A DNA stretch of 64,000 bases. Origin: Thermoplasmatales archaeon (GTDB lineage Archaea; Thermoplasmatota; Thermoplasmata; Thermoplasmatales; Thermoplasmataceae). Shown here one piece after another: positions 20,088 to 30,672 of the stretch. The notes under the pieces were generated by a model that saw only the letters and a list, made by a program, of their open reading frames with translations, ran no database searches and was not told where the DNA came from. Location: contig DAIDBH010000006.1 in NCBI GenBank assembly GCA_027310185.1, forward strand, positions 32,001 to 96,000. The letters are read 5' to 3'. The translations under genes and the position numbers were made by a program. Numbering within the stretch: position 1 is the stretch's first letter; the number at the start of each line of letters is the position of its first letter.

Positions 20088-20825
20088 TCACTCCTTTATC
20101 CAATCGTATCCTTCTTCCTCTATCTTCAGAGCAAGATTCTTGTCTCCATTCCTGACTACTTTTCCGTCAACCATTATGTGAACGAAATCCGGGTCGATAT
20201 TCTTGAGAATCCTCTGGTAGTGCGTGATAATAAGGAACCCCACTTCTTTGCTGTGATATTTTATTATCTCCTCTGCAACAAGCCTCAGTGCATCAACATC
20301 AAGTCCAGAGTCTATTTCATCAAGTACCACTATCTTTGGCTTAAGGATCGCCATCTGGAGTATTTCGAATCTCTTTCTTTCACCGCCGGAGAATCCATCG
20401 TTAACAGACCTTGACATGAAAGATTCATCCAGTCCAACAAACTTCAGGTGTTCCTTTACCCTGTTGAAAAATTCTGTGACCGTTACCTTATCTTCTGGAT
20501 GAAGCTGCTTGTATGCAGTTCGCAGGAAGGATGAAATCTTGACACCCGGTATGGAGATCGGGCTCTGGAATGCAAGAAACAGTCCAGCCCTCGCCCTCTC
20601 TTCTGGCGTCTTATCTGTAAGATCTTTACCGTCCAGTATAATTGATCCACCATCAATGACGTAGTTCGGATGGCCTATGAGAACGTTTCCCAATGTACTT
20701 TTACCGGCTCCATTAGGTCCCATCAGTGCGTGGATTTCTCCTCCTTTAACATCGATATCAACCCCTTTCAGGATCTTCTTTCCCTCCACACTGGCGGAGA
20801 GATTGCTAATTTTCAGCTCAACCAT
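20088..20825 (-). CDS. sufC: SufC ABC ATPase
   Basis: MGPNGAGKST, FSGGERKR, LDEIDSGLDVDAL; start trimmed to MVELKI. Confidence 0.95.
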   Translation of the reverse strand: MVELKISNLSASVEGKKILKGVDIDVKGGEIHALMGPNGAGKSTLGNVLIGHPNYVIDGGSIILDGKDLTDKTPEERARAGLFLAFQSPISIPGVKISSFLRTAYKQLHPEDKVTVTEFFNRVKEHLKFVGLDESFMSRSVNDGFSGGERKRFEILQMAILKPKIVVLDEIDSGLDVDALRLVAEEIIKYHSKEVGFLIITHYQRILKNIDPDFVHIMVDGKVVRNGDKNLALKIEEEGYDWIKE

Positions 20826-20847
20826 AATACTAAATTGGTTTAACCTA

Positions 20848-20871
20848 TTTAAACACTTACTTATGTTTAAA
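20848..20871. promoter_or_regulatory. Palindromic operator in the suf/sufR divergent promoter
   Basis: TTTAAACA-N8-TGTTTAAA perfect inverted repeat. Confidence 0.5.
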
Positions 20872-20910
20872 GTCAATAAACTTAATATAAGTAATTTCAC
20901 TACTATACTC

Positions 20911-21582
20911 ATGGAAAACGAACTTGCAGTAAGTCCTCTCCTTGGAAAGGTAAAGACAAGTATCCTTATGCTTCTTGAAAATGGGGAGAAAAGCATGGCT
21001 TATCTTGCAGATACACTGGACATGAACAAGACTGCCGTAAAAGAGCATATGGACACCCTGGAAAAAATGGGCTATGTAAAGCCATTCTTCAAGAAGGAAG
21101 GTACCGGAAGACCTTCTAAATATTATGAAATCAGCCAGTCTGGCATGGAACTGTTCCCAAAAAAATATTCAGAGCTCATGGCTACCTTCCTCGATGAATT
21201 CAGAACTGAATTCGGTGAGATGAAATTGAATCTTCTTCTCGGCCATGTTGCAGACAGATTGATGGAGAAAGCTGGTTTCAAGAATTCAGAAGGTGCTCTG
21301 GATGGGAGGGAGAAGAAAATTCAGAGGCTCCAGAGCTTTGTGAATGCACTGAATAAGCTTGGATACTATGCAAAAATGGAAGTTGACGGAGAGACTGTAA
21401 GGATCATAAGGCATAACTGTATCTTCTATGAGATGGCAAAGAACAATGGAAAGGTAATATGCGATGTCCTTGGAAAGGACATAATTCAAAGATCAGGAGA
21501 GAATAATTTCACCCTGGTTGAAAAGTTCTCTGATGGGGGAAACAAATGTGTTGTAGAAGTTGACCTCAATCAGATTGACTGA
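20911..21582 (+). CDS. SufR-like ArsR-family HTH regulator
   Basis: wHTH (AVKEHMDTLEKMG, GRPSKYY), FPKKY, HNC...IC...KC cysteines; divergent from the suf operon. Confidence 0.82.
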   Translation: MENELAVSPLLGKVKTSILMLLENGEKSMAYLADTLDMNKTAVKEHMDTLEKMGYVKPFFKKEGTGRPSKYYEISQSGMELFPKKYSELMATFLDEFRTEFGEMKLNLLLGHVADRLMEKAGFKNSEGALDGREKKIQRLQSFVNALNKLGYYAKMEVDGETVRIIRHNCIFYEMAKNNGKVICDVLGKDIIQRSGENNFTLVEKFSDGGNKCVVEVDLNQID

Positions 21583-22517
21583 TTCCTGAAATTTTTAAAC
21601 ATGTCAGAAACAGTGGCCTTCAGGTCGTATTCTGGCTTGAAGTCCCAGTCTTTCACAGCATCTTTTGTATCAATAGACCACGGCCATGAATCTGCTATTT
21701 TCTGCCTGAAATCAGGATTGTATTTTACCCTGAAGTCTGGGTTTAGCTCCCTCACTGCCTCTTCCAGTTCCTTTGGTGAGAAGCTATATGCCATCACATT
21801 ATAGGCTGTTCTTATCTTAATGCTCTCCTCTGGAGAAGTCATCAGGTGAAGTGTTGCCTTCATTGCATCTGGCATATAGAGCATGGGCAGTTTAGTTTCC
21901 TCCTTCAGGTAGCATTCATAAGAATTCCCCTGGGCTGCGTGTTTTATCATGTCAACCGCATAATCGGTTGTTCCAGCAGTTGGTGCTACCTTATAACTAA
22001 GCAGTCCCGGGTATCTCAGGCTCCTGACATCAAGGTTGTATTTGTTGAAATAATACTGGAACAGCATTTCAGATGTAAATTTTGTTATCCCATACATGGT
22101 TGTGGGTACGGAATCATGCCTGATTGGTGCATCAATTTTCTGTACCTCTGGACCATATACACCAATTGTTGAAGGAATGAATACCTTCTTTACGCTTCTT
22201 GTAACACACGCATTCAATATATTGACGGTCCCTGTCAGATTTACATTGTAAGCCAGATATGGATCCTTTTCTCCAGTTGCTGACAGGATTGATGCCAGAT
22301 GGTAGACCTCGTCTATTTTTCTTTCCATAAGTATGTTATCCACTGCTTCCCTATCTCTCACATCAAGAATTTCGTAGTTGATCCTGCTGTTTTCCTTAAT
22401 CTTTGGTTCCTTCTGTATATCAGTTGCGTATATGGTTCCCCCATAGCTCGCCATGAGATAATCAATTAATTCAGAACCTACCTGTCCCAGAGAGCCGGTG
22501 ATCAAAATATTGGCCAT
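21570..22517 (-). CDS. L-threonine 3-dehydrogenase (NAD-dependent epimerase/SDR type)
   Basis: TGSLGQVG, LSATGE, PSTIGV, YGITK, AGTTDYA. Confidence 0.85.
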   Translation of the reverse strand: MANILITGSLGQVGSELIDYLMASYGGTIYATDIQKEPKIKENSRINYEILDVRDREAVDNILMERKIDEVYHLASILSATGEKDPYLAYNVNLTGTVNILNACVTRSVKKVFIPSTIGVYGPEVQKIDAPIRHDSVPTTMYGITKFTSEMLFQYYFNKYNLDVRSLRYPGLLSYKVAPTAGTTDYAVDMIKHAAQGNSYECYLKEETKLPMLYMPDAMKATLHLMTSPEESIKIRTAYNVMAYSFSPKELEEAVRELNPDFRVKYNPDFRQKIADSWPWSIDTKDAVKDWDFKPEYDLKATVSDMFKNFRNQSI

Positions 22518-22625
22518 GTTATGTGTATTGATTATAGGTTAAAAAATATAATCTTGTCATTATTCCTTTAATAACACTATTGGAAGATATACAAGATTAA
22601 CAAAATCGTGCTATACAGGAAAATC

Positions 22626-23129
22626 TTACCTGGACCTGATCCTCTTGATATACATCCTCTGGATTACACTTCCGGCTACCAGGCTCACAATGAATACGAC
22701 AAAGATCAGAATATTAAACAGGGTATCACTTGTAAGATACCCAAGATAACCTAGAAGGTACAGTGACCCATATCCAAGCATCAGAATTATGAGCCCCATG
22801 AATCTGATATATATGGGGATAGACATTCGACCCTGCATGTATGGATTCTGGAGGGCGGCTCCCGTTGGCCCACCCATTATGAAGGAAAGCTGGTTGAGAA
22901 CTCTTCTTTTCTCTCTGGATTCCGGACACATAGGATCCGTTAATGCATTTTTTGCATCTTCAAGCAGCTGGTTGGCTTTCTCCTTATCACCTTTTTTGTT
23001 ATACAGTGTGGCAAGTTCTATTTCCATCCTGGCAAGATTTGCACAGTTGGATATGGGCATCATCTTTTCGTAATCAACCTGGTTCTGAAGATTCTGTATT
23101 TTTTCGTCTATCGCTTCCAATTTATCCAA
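22626..23129 (-). CDS. Hypothetical protein with two C-terminal TM helices
   Basis: 167 aa; helical TPR-like N-terminus, hydrophobic C-terminus; TTG start. Confidence 0.7.
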   Translation of the reverse strand: MDKLEAIDEKIQNLQNQVDYEKMMPISNCANLARMEIELATLYNKKGDKEKANQLLEDAKNALTDPMCPESREKRRVLNQLSFIMGGPTGAALQNPYMQGRMSIPIYIRFMGLIILMLGYGSLYLLGYLGYLTSDTLFNILIFVVFIVSLVAGSVIQRMYIKRIRSR

Positions 23130-23328
23130 CCCCTTTAAATTAAGTCGTTATTTCCATAATTCATTTATACTCTTGCCATTTTAATATGATTCTGTGTTAT
23201 TCCTTCCTTTAATATCAGGAAAGACGTTATTTCTCTTCTAATTCATGTTGGTTGATGCCAGTTTTCCTATCCTTTAATCCACAGTATTTCTTTCTTTAAA
23301 TTTTATAGGCAATCTGACATATAGAACT

Positions 23329-25137
23329 GTGAAAGATAAGGAAAGCTCTGTTGATATCTATGCATTTGTTAACAATAAAAGAAAGGATCTTCAGGACAGC
23401 TTCATAAAGAAGATATATGATCTTGGTGGTGGAAAGTTCATTTTCCAGGTTCACAGTCCCACCCTGAAAAAGGGCTCGTTCTATATTGATGTGAAGAAGG
23501 GAATTTGTCTAATGGATGCGGAGAGAGGCCAGGATGCCGGAAATCTGGCAATGTTCCTGAGAAAGAAATTCACAGACAAGAAAATTAAGGCAATCTACCA
23601 GATAAATTTTGACAGGGTTGTAAGAGTTGATTTTTACAACGGTTCATCATTCGTGATGGAACTTTTCAGGGATGGGAATCTGATAACGCTTCAGGACGAC
23701 ATCATTGAATATGCCCTGAATCCAAGGGAATGGAAAAACAGAAAAATAATCAAGGGTGAAAAATACATTCCTCCGTCCCTGGTTGACCCACTATCGTTAA
23801 CGGCCAAAAATAAGACTGATATACTGGAAAAGAGCAAGGCGTCAATTGTTCAAACGATGGCGACGAGGTTCAACCTTGGTGGTGAATTATCTGAAGAAGT
23901 CCTGAAGAGAGCTGGGATTGATAAGAACCTGAGTGCGGTTGAGTGCACCGAAATGATCGACCAGATTGAAGAAAAACTGAATGAGTGCCTCCGTGAGACT
24001 GAGGAAAACAAGGGATATTTCTATGAAGAAGAGCAACTTGTAAGCCCCATGAGATTGACCTTCCTGAACAGGGAGCCTGATAGGGTTGTGGAAGATTTCA
24101 ACGATGCACTTCAGATTATGATGGAGACTGAGATAAATGACACTCCAGAGAATTTGAGAATAAAGAGAATTGTGGAGAATCAGGAAAAAACCATCGAGGA
24201 ATACAAGAAAGCCTCTGAAGAGAGCAGGGAGTCAGGTGTCATGATCTCCTCTCACTTTCAGACTATGAAGAAGGTTCTTGAACACCTTAAGAATTCTGAT
24301 CAGGAGAAGCTGTCCTTTGATGGTTTTGTCATAGAGGTGAAGTCAAAGAATAAGGCAGAAAAGAGCGCGGAAATAATCTTTGAAGACAGGACATTCAAAT
24401 TATTCTACGACAAGAGTGTTGGAGAGAACATGACCTATTATTTTGATACGTCAAAAGATTACCTTGAAAGAATAGAGGGTGCAAAGGTTGCAATGGAGAA
24501 TTCCATAAAGGGAATACAGGAGCAACAGGTCAGGAAGAAGAAGGAAAGGCCCAGATTCTGGTTTGAGACATACCACTGGTTTTTCACCCCTGCCAATCAT
24601 CTTGTCATCTCCGGGAAGAATACTGATACAAACGAGAAGGTGGTGAAAAAGCATATGGGTGAGAAAGACCTCTATATTCACGCGGATATGTACGGCGCAC
24701 CCAGTACGGTAATCAGGAATGAGGATAATGCAGAAATAACAGAGGACGAAATCCGGGAAGCAGCCATATTCGCTGTTTCATTTTCGAGGGCGTGGCAGAA
24801 TGGTCTGACGTCAGGGTCAGCCTACTGGGTCAGCCCATTGCAGGTGAGCAAGACGCCAGAATCAGGACAGTACGTTAGAAAAGGTTCATGGATTGTCAGG
24901 GGAAAGAGGAACTATCTCTTTAACCTCCCACTTAAACTCAGCATAAGGATGATCGACTACAGGGAAGCCAGGATTGCAATGATCTATCCATTCCGGGAAA
25001 ATGATTCGGATTGTGTCACCATCATTCCGGGAAGCCGAAAAAGGGATAAGGCAGCCCAGGAAATCGCAAAAAAACTAGAAACAGATACTGAGGAAATCAT
25101 GAGGGTCCTTCCAACTGGGAATCTTGATATTATTTAA
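23329..25137 (+). CDS. rqcH: Ribosome rescue factor Rqc2/RqcH (NEMF, NFACT)
   Basis: QINFDRV, ELFRDGN, WFETYHWF, HADMYGAP, QVSKTPESG. Confidence 0.92.
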   Translation: MKDKESSVDIYAFVNNKRKDLQDSFIKKIYDLGGGKFIFQVHSPTLKKGSFYIDVKKGICLMDAERGQDAGNLAMFLRKKFTDKKIKAIYQINFDRVVRVDFYNGSSFVMELFRDGNLITLQDDIIEYALNPREWKNRKIIKGEKYIPPSLVDPLSLTAKNKTDILEKSKASIVQTMATRFNLGGELSEEVLKRAGIDKNLSAVECTEMIDQIEEKLNECLRETEENKGYFYEEEQLVSPMRLTFLNREPDRVVEDFNDALQIMMETEINDTPENLRIKRIVENQEKTIEEYKKASEESRESGVMISSHFQTMKKVLEHLKNSDQEKLSFDGFVIEVKSKNKAEKSAEIIFEDRTFKLFYDKSVGENMTYYFDTSKDYLERIEGAKVAMENSIKGIQEQQVRKKKERPRFWFETYHWFFTPANHLVISGKNTDTNEKVVKKHMGEKDLYIHADMYGAPSTVIRNEDNAEITEDEIREAAIFAVSFSRAWQNGLTSGSAYWVSPLQVSKTPESGQYVRKGSWIVRGKRNYLFNLPLKLSIRMIDYREARIAMIYPFRENDSDCVTIIPGSRKRDKAAQEIAKKLETDTEEIMRVLPTGNLDII

Positions 25138-26074
25138 TTCTGGAAAGTTCAGCCTTGAGGTTTTCCAGTACCTTCACATCCTCTGGATCAAAGGATAATC
25201 TCAAACTTACTTCCACTGTCAGGATGTCAATATAATGCAGGATATAGAACAGCTTCTCCAGGTAAGTCTCACCTTTTGGCTTTATCTTTATGATTTCAGA
25301 TGAGAATTTACTTTCCATTATATCAAGCCGCACCTTGCATCTTGAACTGGAATCACCTTCAATAGCAAGGAAGATAAATTTTTCAGCCATTCCACTGTTT
25401 ACAAGCTGCGGAACGAGTTCATTATGATTCTGTTCAGACAGGTTATGATTCAGGGCGAAAAGCTTTGAGTTCTCATTAAATTGTGTCTTGAACCTGTAAC
25501 TGAGACTGCTGAAAGGTTCCCATGAAAGGATGTATGGAATCTTCCTTGAATCCACTATCTTCTGAGCAAGTTGCCAGATAGGACTCCTCTCCTTTTCCAG
25601 GTTTTCAAGAATTGAAATGATCCTCTTTCTCTCTTCCCCTTTAATCCCGATAAAAGTGTTTAAAAGTGGCATTAAGAGGTACCCTATTGCTTCCCTTGGC
25701 TGCAATCCTGAGGGTATTTTTATGAGATTGTCACAAATCGTGGAAAGTTCGCCACCAGAAGTTATGGCATTTACGGTGATTCCCCGTGACTTTGCTTCCC
25801 TTACTGTACTGAGTGTTTCTTCTGTGTTACCAGAATAACTTACTGCAATGAAGCAGTAGTTCCTGTCTACATATTTTGGAAGTTTGTATGAATCCACCAC
25901 TATTACGGGAAGTTCCTGGAATGCCTCGGAAAATATTCTCCCGGATACTCCTGAGCCACCCATACCTGAAATTACAATAGCATGAACATCTCCTATATCT
26001 ATGGAAAATTTTTCTTTGAAATTGATCTGTTCCTTGATTGAATAGACCTGATTGTAGAATTTGTCTTCAGCCAT
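25130..26074 (-). CDS. Bifunctional phosphoglucose/phosphomannose isomerase
   Basis: GMGGSG, SYSGNTEET, QPR, QFNENSK, EQNHNE. Confidence 0.92.
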   Translation of the reverse strand: MAEDKFYNQVYSIKEQINFKEKFSIDIGDVHAIVISGMGGSGVSGRIFSEAFQELPVIVVDSYKLPKYVDRNYCFIAVSYSGNTEETLSTVREAKSRGITVNAITSGGELSTICDNLIKIPSGLQPREAIGYLLMPLLNTFIGIKGEERKRIISILENLEKERSPIWQLAQKIVDSRKIPYILSWEPFSSLSYRFKTQFNENSKLFALNHNLSEQNHNELVPQLVNSGMAEKFIFLAIEGDSSSRCKVRLDIMESKFSSEIIKIKPKGETYLEKLFYILHYIDILTVEVSLRLSFDPEDVKVLENLKAELSRIK

Positions 26075-26085
26075 AAATCACACCC

Positions 26086-26178
26086 TCAGATTGGAGCGAG
26101 AGCGAGGAAAAATCCCCATACGGCAGGAAGCAATGCAGCAAGTCCTACAAGAATATATATCATGGTTTTTGTAGACAT
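26086..26178 (-). CDS. Small single-TM protein (30 aa)
   Basis: MSTKTMIYILVGLAALLPAVWGFFLALAPI; ends just before the SD of PGI/PMI. Confidence 0.55.
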   Translation of the reverse strand: MSTKTMIYILVGLAALLPAVWGFFLALAPI

Positions 26179-26342
26179 ACGCTCAGTATTTATTTGTTTT
26201 TAATTAACCTTTGCTATATGAATTGACTATGAAAATTTCAATCTTTATGACGTATTTGTTTATATTTATTACAACCTAAAATTAAAGTTCTTCCAGAATG
26301 TTTTGAATTTGTAAAAGTTAGCCATGGGAGTTAACTTGCAGA

Positions 26343-27602
26343 TCAATTCCTCTGAAGTGTAAATGTCATGCAGTGGGCACCACCATATCCACCCGTTATT
26401 TCTTCGAGATTGATCTTTACGAAGTCAAGTCCGAAATCCCGCATCTTTGAAGTGGATGGGAACATTGTCCCGCTTTTAAGTTCTGATTCTTTTGCTCCTG
26501 CTTCTTCCTTTACTTTTTTTGTTATGACACCGTTGCTTTCAAGTTTTTTAAGAACGGAGAATGAGTCTATGCATATGATCCTGTTGTCCTTTACAGTCAG
26601 GAAATTGGATGAATAACATAGCTGTTCAATGGGAGAGATATCCATTATGTTATATCCTTTATTCTTCAGGTAATCGTACAGTGTTATGTCCTCTGCATAT
26701 GAATAACCCTCACCATTCTTCTGATATAACTTTCCCCTTGCTGCTTTCACCAGATCCATGGAGCCTATGGCAGTCCCATTTCCTGCAATATTGAAATATG
26801 TGTCAAGATGCATGTTATTGAGGAGATCGTTGACCATGAACGGATATCGTGGGTTTTCCACAACAAGTACCTCGTCATGTGCCATCATGCCAGAATTCAT
26901 TGCTGATATGGCTCCTGCAAGATCAGTACGCGGTCCCGTACCTATTAAACCAAAATCACCACACGGTATGTAATCTCCGCCTTCGAAATACGAATTTTCC
27001 ACAACTCTTTTCAGATGATCCTTTCCAAGTATCTTCTCCATTATAAATCCGGTAATTTCTGGTTCCATCTTTCTCTGGGGCAGTTTCATTCTACCAAGAA
27101 TGACACCATTTGAACTGACTGCCTGCTGATCCCTCATGAAATACAGGTTGGTCAGAGGTACGTTAGAGAATATCTTTGGATACGACATATGATTGTCCCG
27201 ATCAACAGTTATATCGATTGAAGGTACCAGTATGGATATATTGAAAAGGGTATCTGCATCCATGAATGGAAGATTTCTCTGAAAATCCTTCTTCAACTTT
27301 TCAACCTCGGAAATATCACCATAAAACTGAACTTCGGCTACTAGCTTTTCTTCCATTGCTTTTCTGAAGTTACTGTCTGTGTTGCACCTGTTCACAACAA
27401 TTTCTCTAAGCTGGGTTACCTTTGCCCCATTCTCCTTCATTATTTCTTCCAGTTTCTCATGTTCCCTTAACGCTTTTGTCTTGTTGAATGGTCTTTCAAA
27501 GAGAAAGGCCCTCGGTGAGATCATTGCATAATCTATTTCTGTTCCTGGCCTGTGTACAATCACTTCCTTCAGATTTTCCCATTCCGCTCTTACAAACATC
27601 AA
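26343..27602 (-). CDS. arcA: Arginine deiminase
   Basis: NLYFMRD, FEGGD, MHLDT, GGAHCMT. Confidence 0.9.
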   Translation of the reverse strand: MMFVRAEWENLKEVIVHRPGTEIDYAMISPRAFLFERPFNKTKALREHEKLEEIMKENGAKVTQLREIVVNRCNTDSNFRKAMEEKLVAEVQFYGDISEVEKLKKDFQRNLPFMDADTLFNISILVPSIDITVDRDNHMSYPKIFSNVPLTNLYFMRDQQAVSSNGVILGRMKLPQRKMEPEITGFIMEKILGKDHLKRVVENSYFEGGDYIPCGDFGLIGTGPRTDLAGAISAMNSGMMAHDEVLVVENPRYPFMVNDLLNNMHLDTYFNIAGNGTAIGSMDLVKAARGKLYQKNGEGYSYAEDITLYDYLKNKGYNIMDISPIEQLCYSSNFLTVKDNRIICIDSFSVLKKLESNGVITKKVKEEAGAKESELKSGTMFPSTSKMRDFGLDFVKINLEEITGGYGGAHCMTFTLQRN

Positions 27603-28615
27603 ATATCACCTAAAATTTCATAATAGTTGTCTTCGTAGAAGAACAGTTCTACCTGATCTTCCTTTATAACCCTCTTCAGGGTTATCTGAATATACGTCCT
27701 CTCATTCATCAGGTTCGTTTCATTTTCTGTCCTATGCAATACAATGAACCTTTCCCGTGACGCTTTTTCTCCAGTTTCCTTTAGTTTATCAAAATCTATG
27801 AGCCTCTTGTTGATAAGAGTTGTCTTTCCATTTTTCAGATCTGTCACATATATGCCCCCCGGCCTCTTTCCCTGGTAAATATATTTTATGTTATCAAAAA
27901 ATATCAGAGAACCGGGTTCGATATCCAGTATCCTGATCATGTAAGTGAACCTGAAAAACTGTTTGCCATCCTTGATTCCAGCCAGTGAACTTGAGACCAC
28001 AACGTTGCATATTGTTTTGGACTGTATTTCCCTGGCAAAGGTGTCCCCATCCTTCTTCTTGCCAAGATATATATCAATACCTTCCTTCAATTGAACTGAC
28101 TTTGAGACGAATGATTCAGGATCTTTCTTCTGGTTGCTCTCCACCATCCTGAGAAGTTCCTGGTGAATTGTATCTATCTCCGGACTCATTTTCTCTGAGA
28201 ATCCCCTGAGTTGAACCTTGGATTCATAATATGATCCGGTTACCTTATTACACGTTGGACAGCTGATTGACTCTTTCCTGTATGGAATTTCAAGTAGAAA
28301 CTCCTTCTCTTCAGCATCATCTCTTTTAATTCTTATCCTGATGTAGGCTGTATCCTCGATCTTGTTCAGTTCTATAGGGCCGAACGATTCAATCTTAAAT
28401 GGTTCATTTACGCTGAAAAGTTCGTACACCTTCTTTGCCCATCTTTCCTGTGCATCGTGATGAGCCCAGTAGTTACCCACCTTCACAGCACCACATTTTG
28501 GACAGCTCGTGAACGTTATTGAACCTGGTTTTTCAATCACAAGTGTTTCCCATATACAGTCTTCACAGAGCCCCTTGTATATGGCTTCTCGAGTTCCACA
28601 TTTTATACATAACAT
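27599..28615 (-). CDS. nmd3: NMD3 large-subunit maturation protein
   Basis: Four CxxC pairs, YYESKVQLRG, EGIDIY. Confidence 0.88.
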   Translation of the reverse strand: MLCIKCGTREAIYKGLCEDCIWETLVIEKPGSITFTSCPKCGAVKVGNYWAHHDAQERWAKKVYELFSVNEPFKIESFGPIELNKIEDTAYIRIRIKRDDAEEKEFLLEIPYRKESISCPTCNKVTGSYYESKVQLRGFSEKMSPEIDTIHQELLRMVESNQKKDPESFVSKSVQLKEGIDIYLGKKKDGDTFAREIQSKTICNVVVSSSLAGIKDGKQFFRFTYMIRILDIEPGSLIFFDNIKYIYQGKRPGGIYVTDLKNGKTTLINKRLIDFDKLKETGEKASRERFIVLHRTENETNLMNERTYIQITLKRVIKEDQVELFFYEDNYYEILGDI

Positions 28616-28618
28616 AAT

Positions 28619-29779
28619 TCAATCAATTTTCCTTCCTTCCCGGAAATCCTTTATCAGTGCCCCCGATATGAGCTTTTTTCTTATTTCTGTAGTTCCTGCT
28701 CCTATCTGCCCCAGTATTGCATCCCTGTTTAGTCTGTCGATACCAGTATCGTGCATATATCCTGCTCCCCCGAAAATCTGGATACACTCCCGTGATATAT
28801 ACTCGGAAACCTGTGCAGAATAAAGAATTGAAGCTGCGGCATTCTTCACATCCATCCTGTTCTTATCAAGATGCTCCAGGGTTTCATAAGCCAGTAATTT
28901 TGCAGCCCTGTATTGGGTATACATTGTTGCCAGCTTGTCCTGTATCATTTCGAATTTATACAGTGATTCGCCAAATTGTTTCCTTTCCACTGAGTATTTT
29001 ATAGCCTCCTCCAGCGATCTCCTCGCAAGTCCTACGAATATGAATGACAGGATAGCCCTTTCTGAATTTAATCCGCCCAGTATTATGTGTTTACCATGAT
29101 TTTCCTTTCCAATGAGTCTCTTTTCAGAGACTTTCAGATCCTGGAAATATATTTCACCAGTTGGTGATCCCCGCATTCCCATCTTATCAAACTTTTTTCC
29201 TTTTGAGAAACCATCATCTGTTGCAAGAATAATGAAGGCGGAATGTTCCTTTCCTGTCCTGCAGTAGGTTAGGAACAGATCTGCGTAAGGTGCATTTGTT
29301 ATGTATGTTTTGGAGCCATTAATTATATAACTGTCTCCTTCTCTTTGAGCGCTTGTTTTCATGTTCAATGCATCAGAGCCAGATTCTGGTTCAGTCAGGC
29401 CAAGTGAACCGATCCAATCGCCTGATACCAGTTTTGGCACATAAGATTCTTTCTGTTCATCATTCCCATTCCGGTACAGATTATCAAGTGTGAGATTACT
29501 GTGAGCTCCATAGCTCAAAGCCAGTGAAGGAGATGAATAACCTACTTCTTCCTCTATAATTGCCTGTCCAAGATATCCCAGGTTTGCACCTCCAAACTCC
29601 TCACCTACAGTAATGCCCAGATAACCCATTTTTCCCATATTCCTGAAGACCTTTTCTGGAAAATAATCCTCCAGGTCCATCTTCTTTGCTATGGGTTCAA
29701 CTTCACGCTGAACAAATTCCCTGACATTGTTCCTTAATTCATCATATATTTCTTCTTCAACCATGAATGGGTTAATCAT
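28619..29779 (-). CDS. Acyl-CoA dehydrogenase (isovaleryl-CoA type)
   Basis: SYGAHSNL, LTEPESGSD, GSKTYITNAP, QIFGGAGY, IGAGTTEI. Confidence 0.9.
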   Translation of the reverse strand: MINPFMVEEEIYDELRNNVREFVQREVEPIAKKMDLEDYFPEKVFRNMGKMGYLGITVGEEFGGANLGYLGQAIIEEEVGYSSPSLALSYGAHSNLTLDNLYRNGNDEQKESYVPKLVSGDWIGSLGLTEPESGSDALNMKTSAQREGDSYIINGSKTYITNAPYADLFLTYCRTGKEHSAFIILATDDGFSKGKKFDKMGMRGSPTGEIYFQDLKVSEKRLIGKENHGKHIILGGLNSERAILSFIFVGLARRSLEEAIKYSVERKQFGESLYKFEMIQDKLATMYTQYRAAKLLAYETLEHLDKNRMDVKNAAASILYSAQVSEYISRECIQIFGGAGYMHDTGIDRLNRDAILGQIGAGTTEIRKKLISGALIKDFREGRKID

Positions 29780-30186
29780 TCCTTAAAATAACCTTATTTC
29801 TCTTTTATAAACATTCCAGTTTTTCTAATCAGCTATTGATTCCTGCATAGTGAGATATACGGCACAATTACCTTTGTGCCAGTGGATCACCTTTCAGATG
29901 GTGGTTGGATTCTATCACTCAAGAATTGCTTTTATTCTCAACATTTTGGATTATTCTATCTTCCTCTAAAAATTCATTCAGTTTTCCTATGCTGTCCCAT
30001 GGAAATCCTCATGATTAGATATTATAGAGTTAATGGATTGTGACCAGCCTCCAGATTGTTTTTTGCTATTTTTATGCCTACAGGTCATGGGGCTTGGCCA
30101 TTTTATTTTCAGATTTTAAATCCGAATTATATCGCACATAGGGTTTCTTACGAAAGAATTTAATTACATAATCCTGATGATATTGT

Positions 30187-30672
30187 ATGAATGATGACAA
30201 ATTTGGGATGGATCAGGAATCTCACAGAAAAATTGCATCTGCGCTGTTCAATCACACCTGGAACCTGATGGAAAAAACCAGAACGCCCTATGAGGATGAA
30301 ATTATGATTAGCGAAGCTCAAGCATCATTATTCCACTGGAGATATGCAGGCGATAATCTTGAATTTTCAAGAGGTCACTGGATTATTTCAAGGGTATATT
30401 CTATTCTCTCAATGCCTGAATCTGCTATATATCACGGGAGAAGATGCCTGGAATTTTGTAAGATTGGCAATCTGAATGATTTCGATTTTGGATTTGCTTA
30501 TGAAGCATTAGCCAGGGCATATTATATAGAAGGTGACTTCAATGAATTTGAAAAAAACTTTAGAATTGCAAAAGAATTTGCAAAAAAAATAAAAAGTACA
30601 GATGACAGGAAATGGCTGGAGACAAATCTCAATAGTATTAGTGAAAATAAAGGAGATAAGCATGATGTTTAA
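30187..30672 (+). CDS. Hypothetical helical protein
   Basis: 161-aa ORF with FNHTW, ASLFHW, ISRVY and AYEALARA blocks. Confidence 0.75.
   Translation: MNDDKFGMDQESHRKIASALFNHTWNLMEKTRTPYEDEIMISEAQASLFHWRYAGDNLEFSRGHWIISRVYSILSMPESAIYHGRRCLEFCKIGNLNDFDFGFAYEALARAYYIEGDFNEFEKNFRIAKEFAKKIKSTDDRKWLETNLNSISENKGDKHDV

Noticed and set aside
20677-20996. Long head-to-head overlap of sufC and sufR ORFs in the track
   Set aside because: Artefact of longest-ORF calling; domain-based starts at 20825 and 20911 leave an 85-bp promoter
29780-30186. Possible pseudogene upstream of the acyl-CoA dehydrogenase
   Set aside because: Multiple stops in the frame translated and no recognisable family
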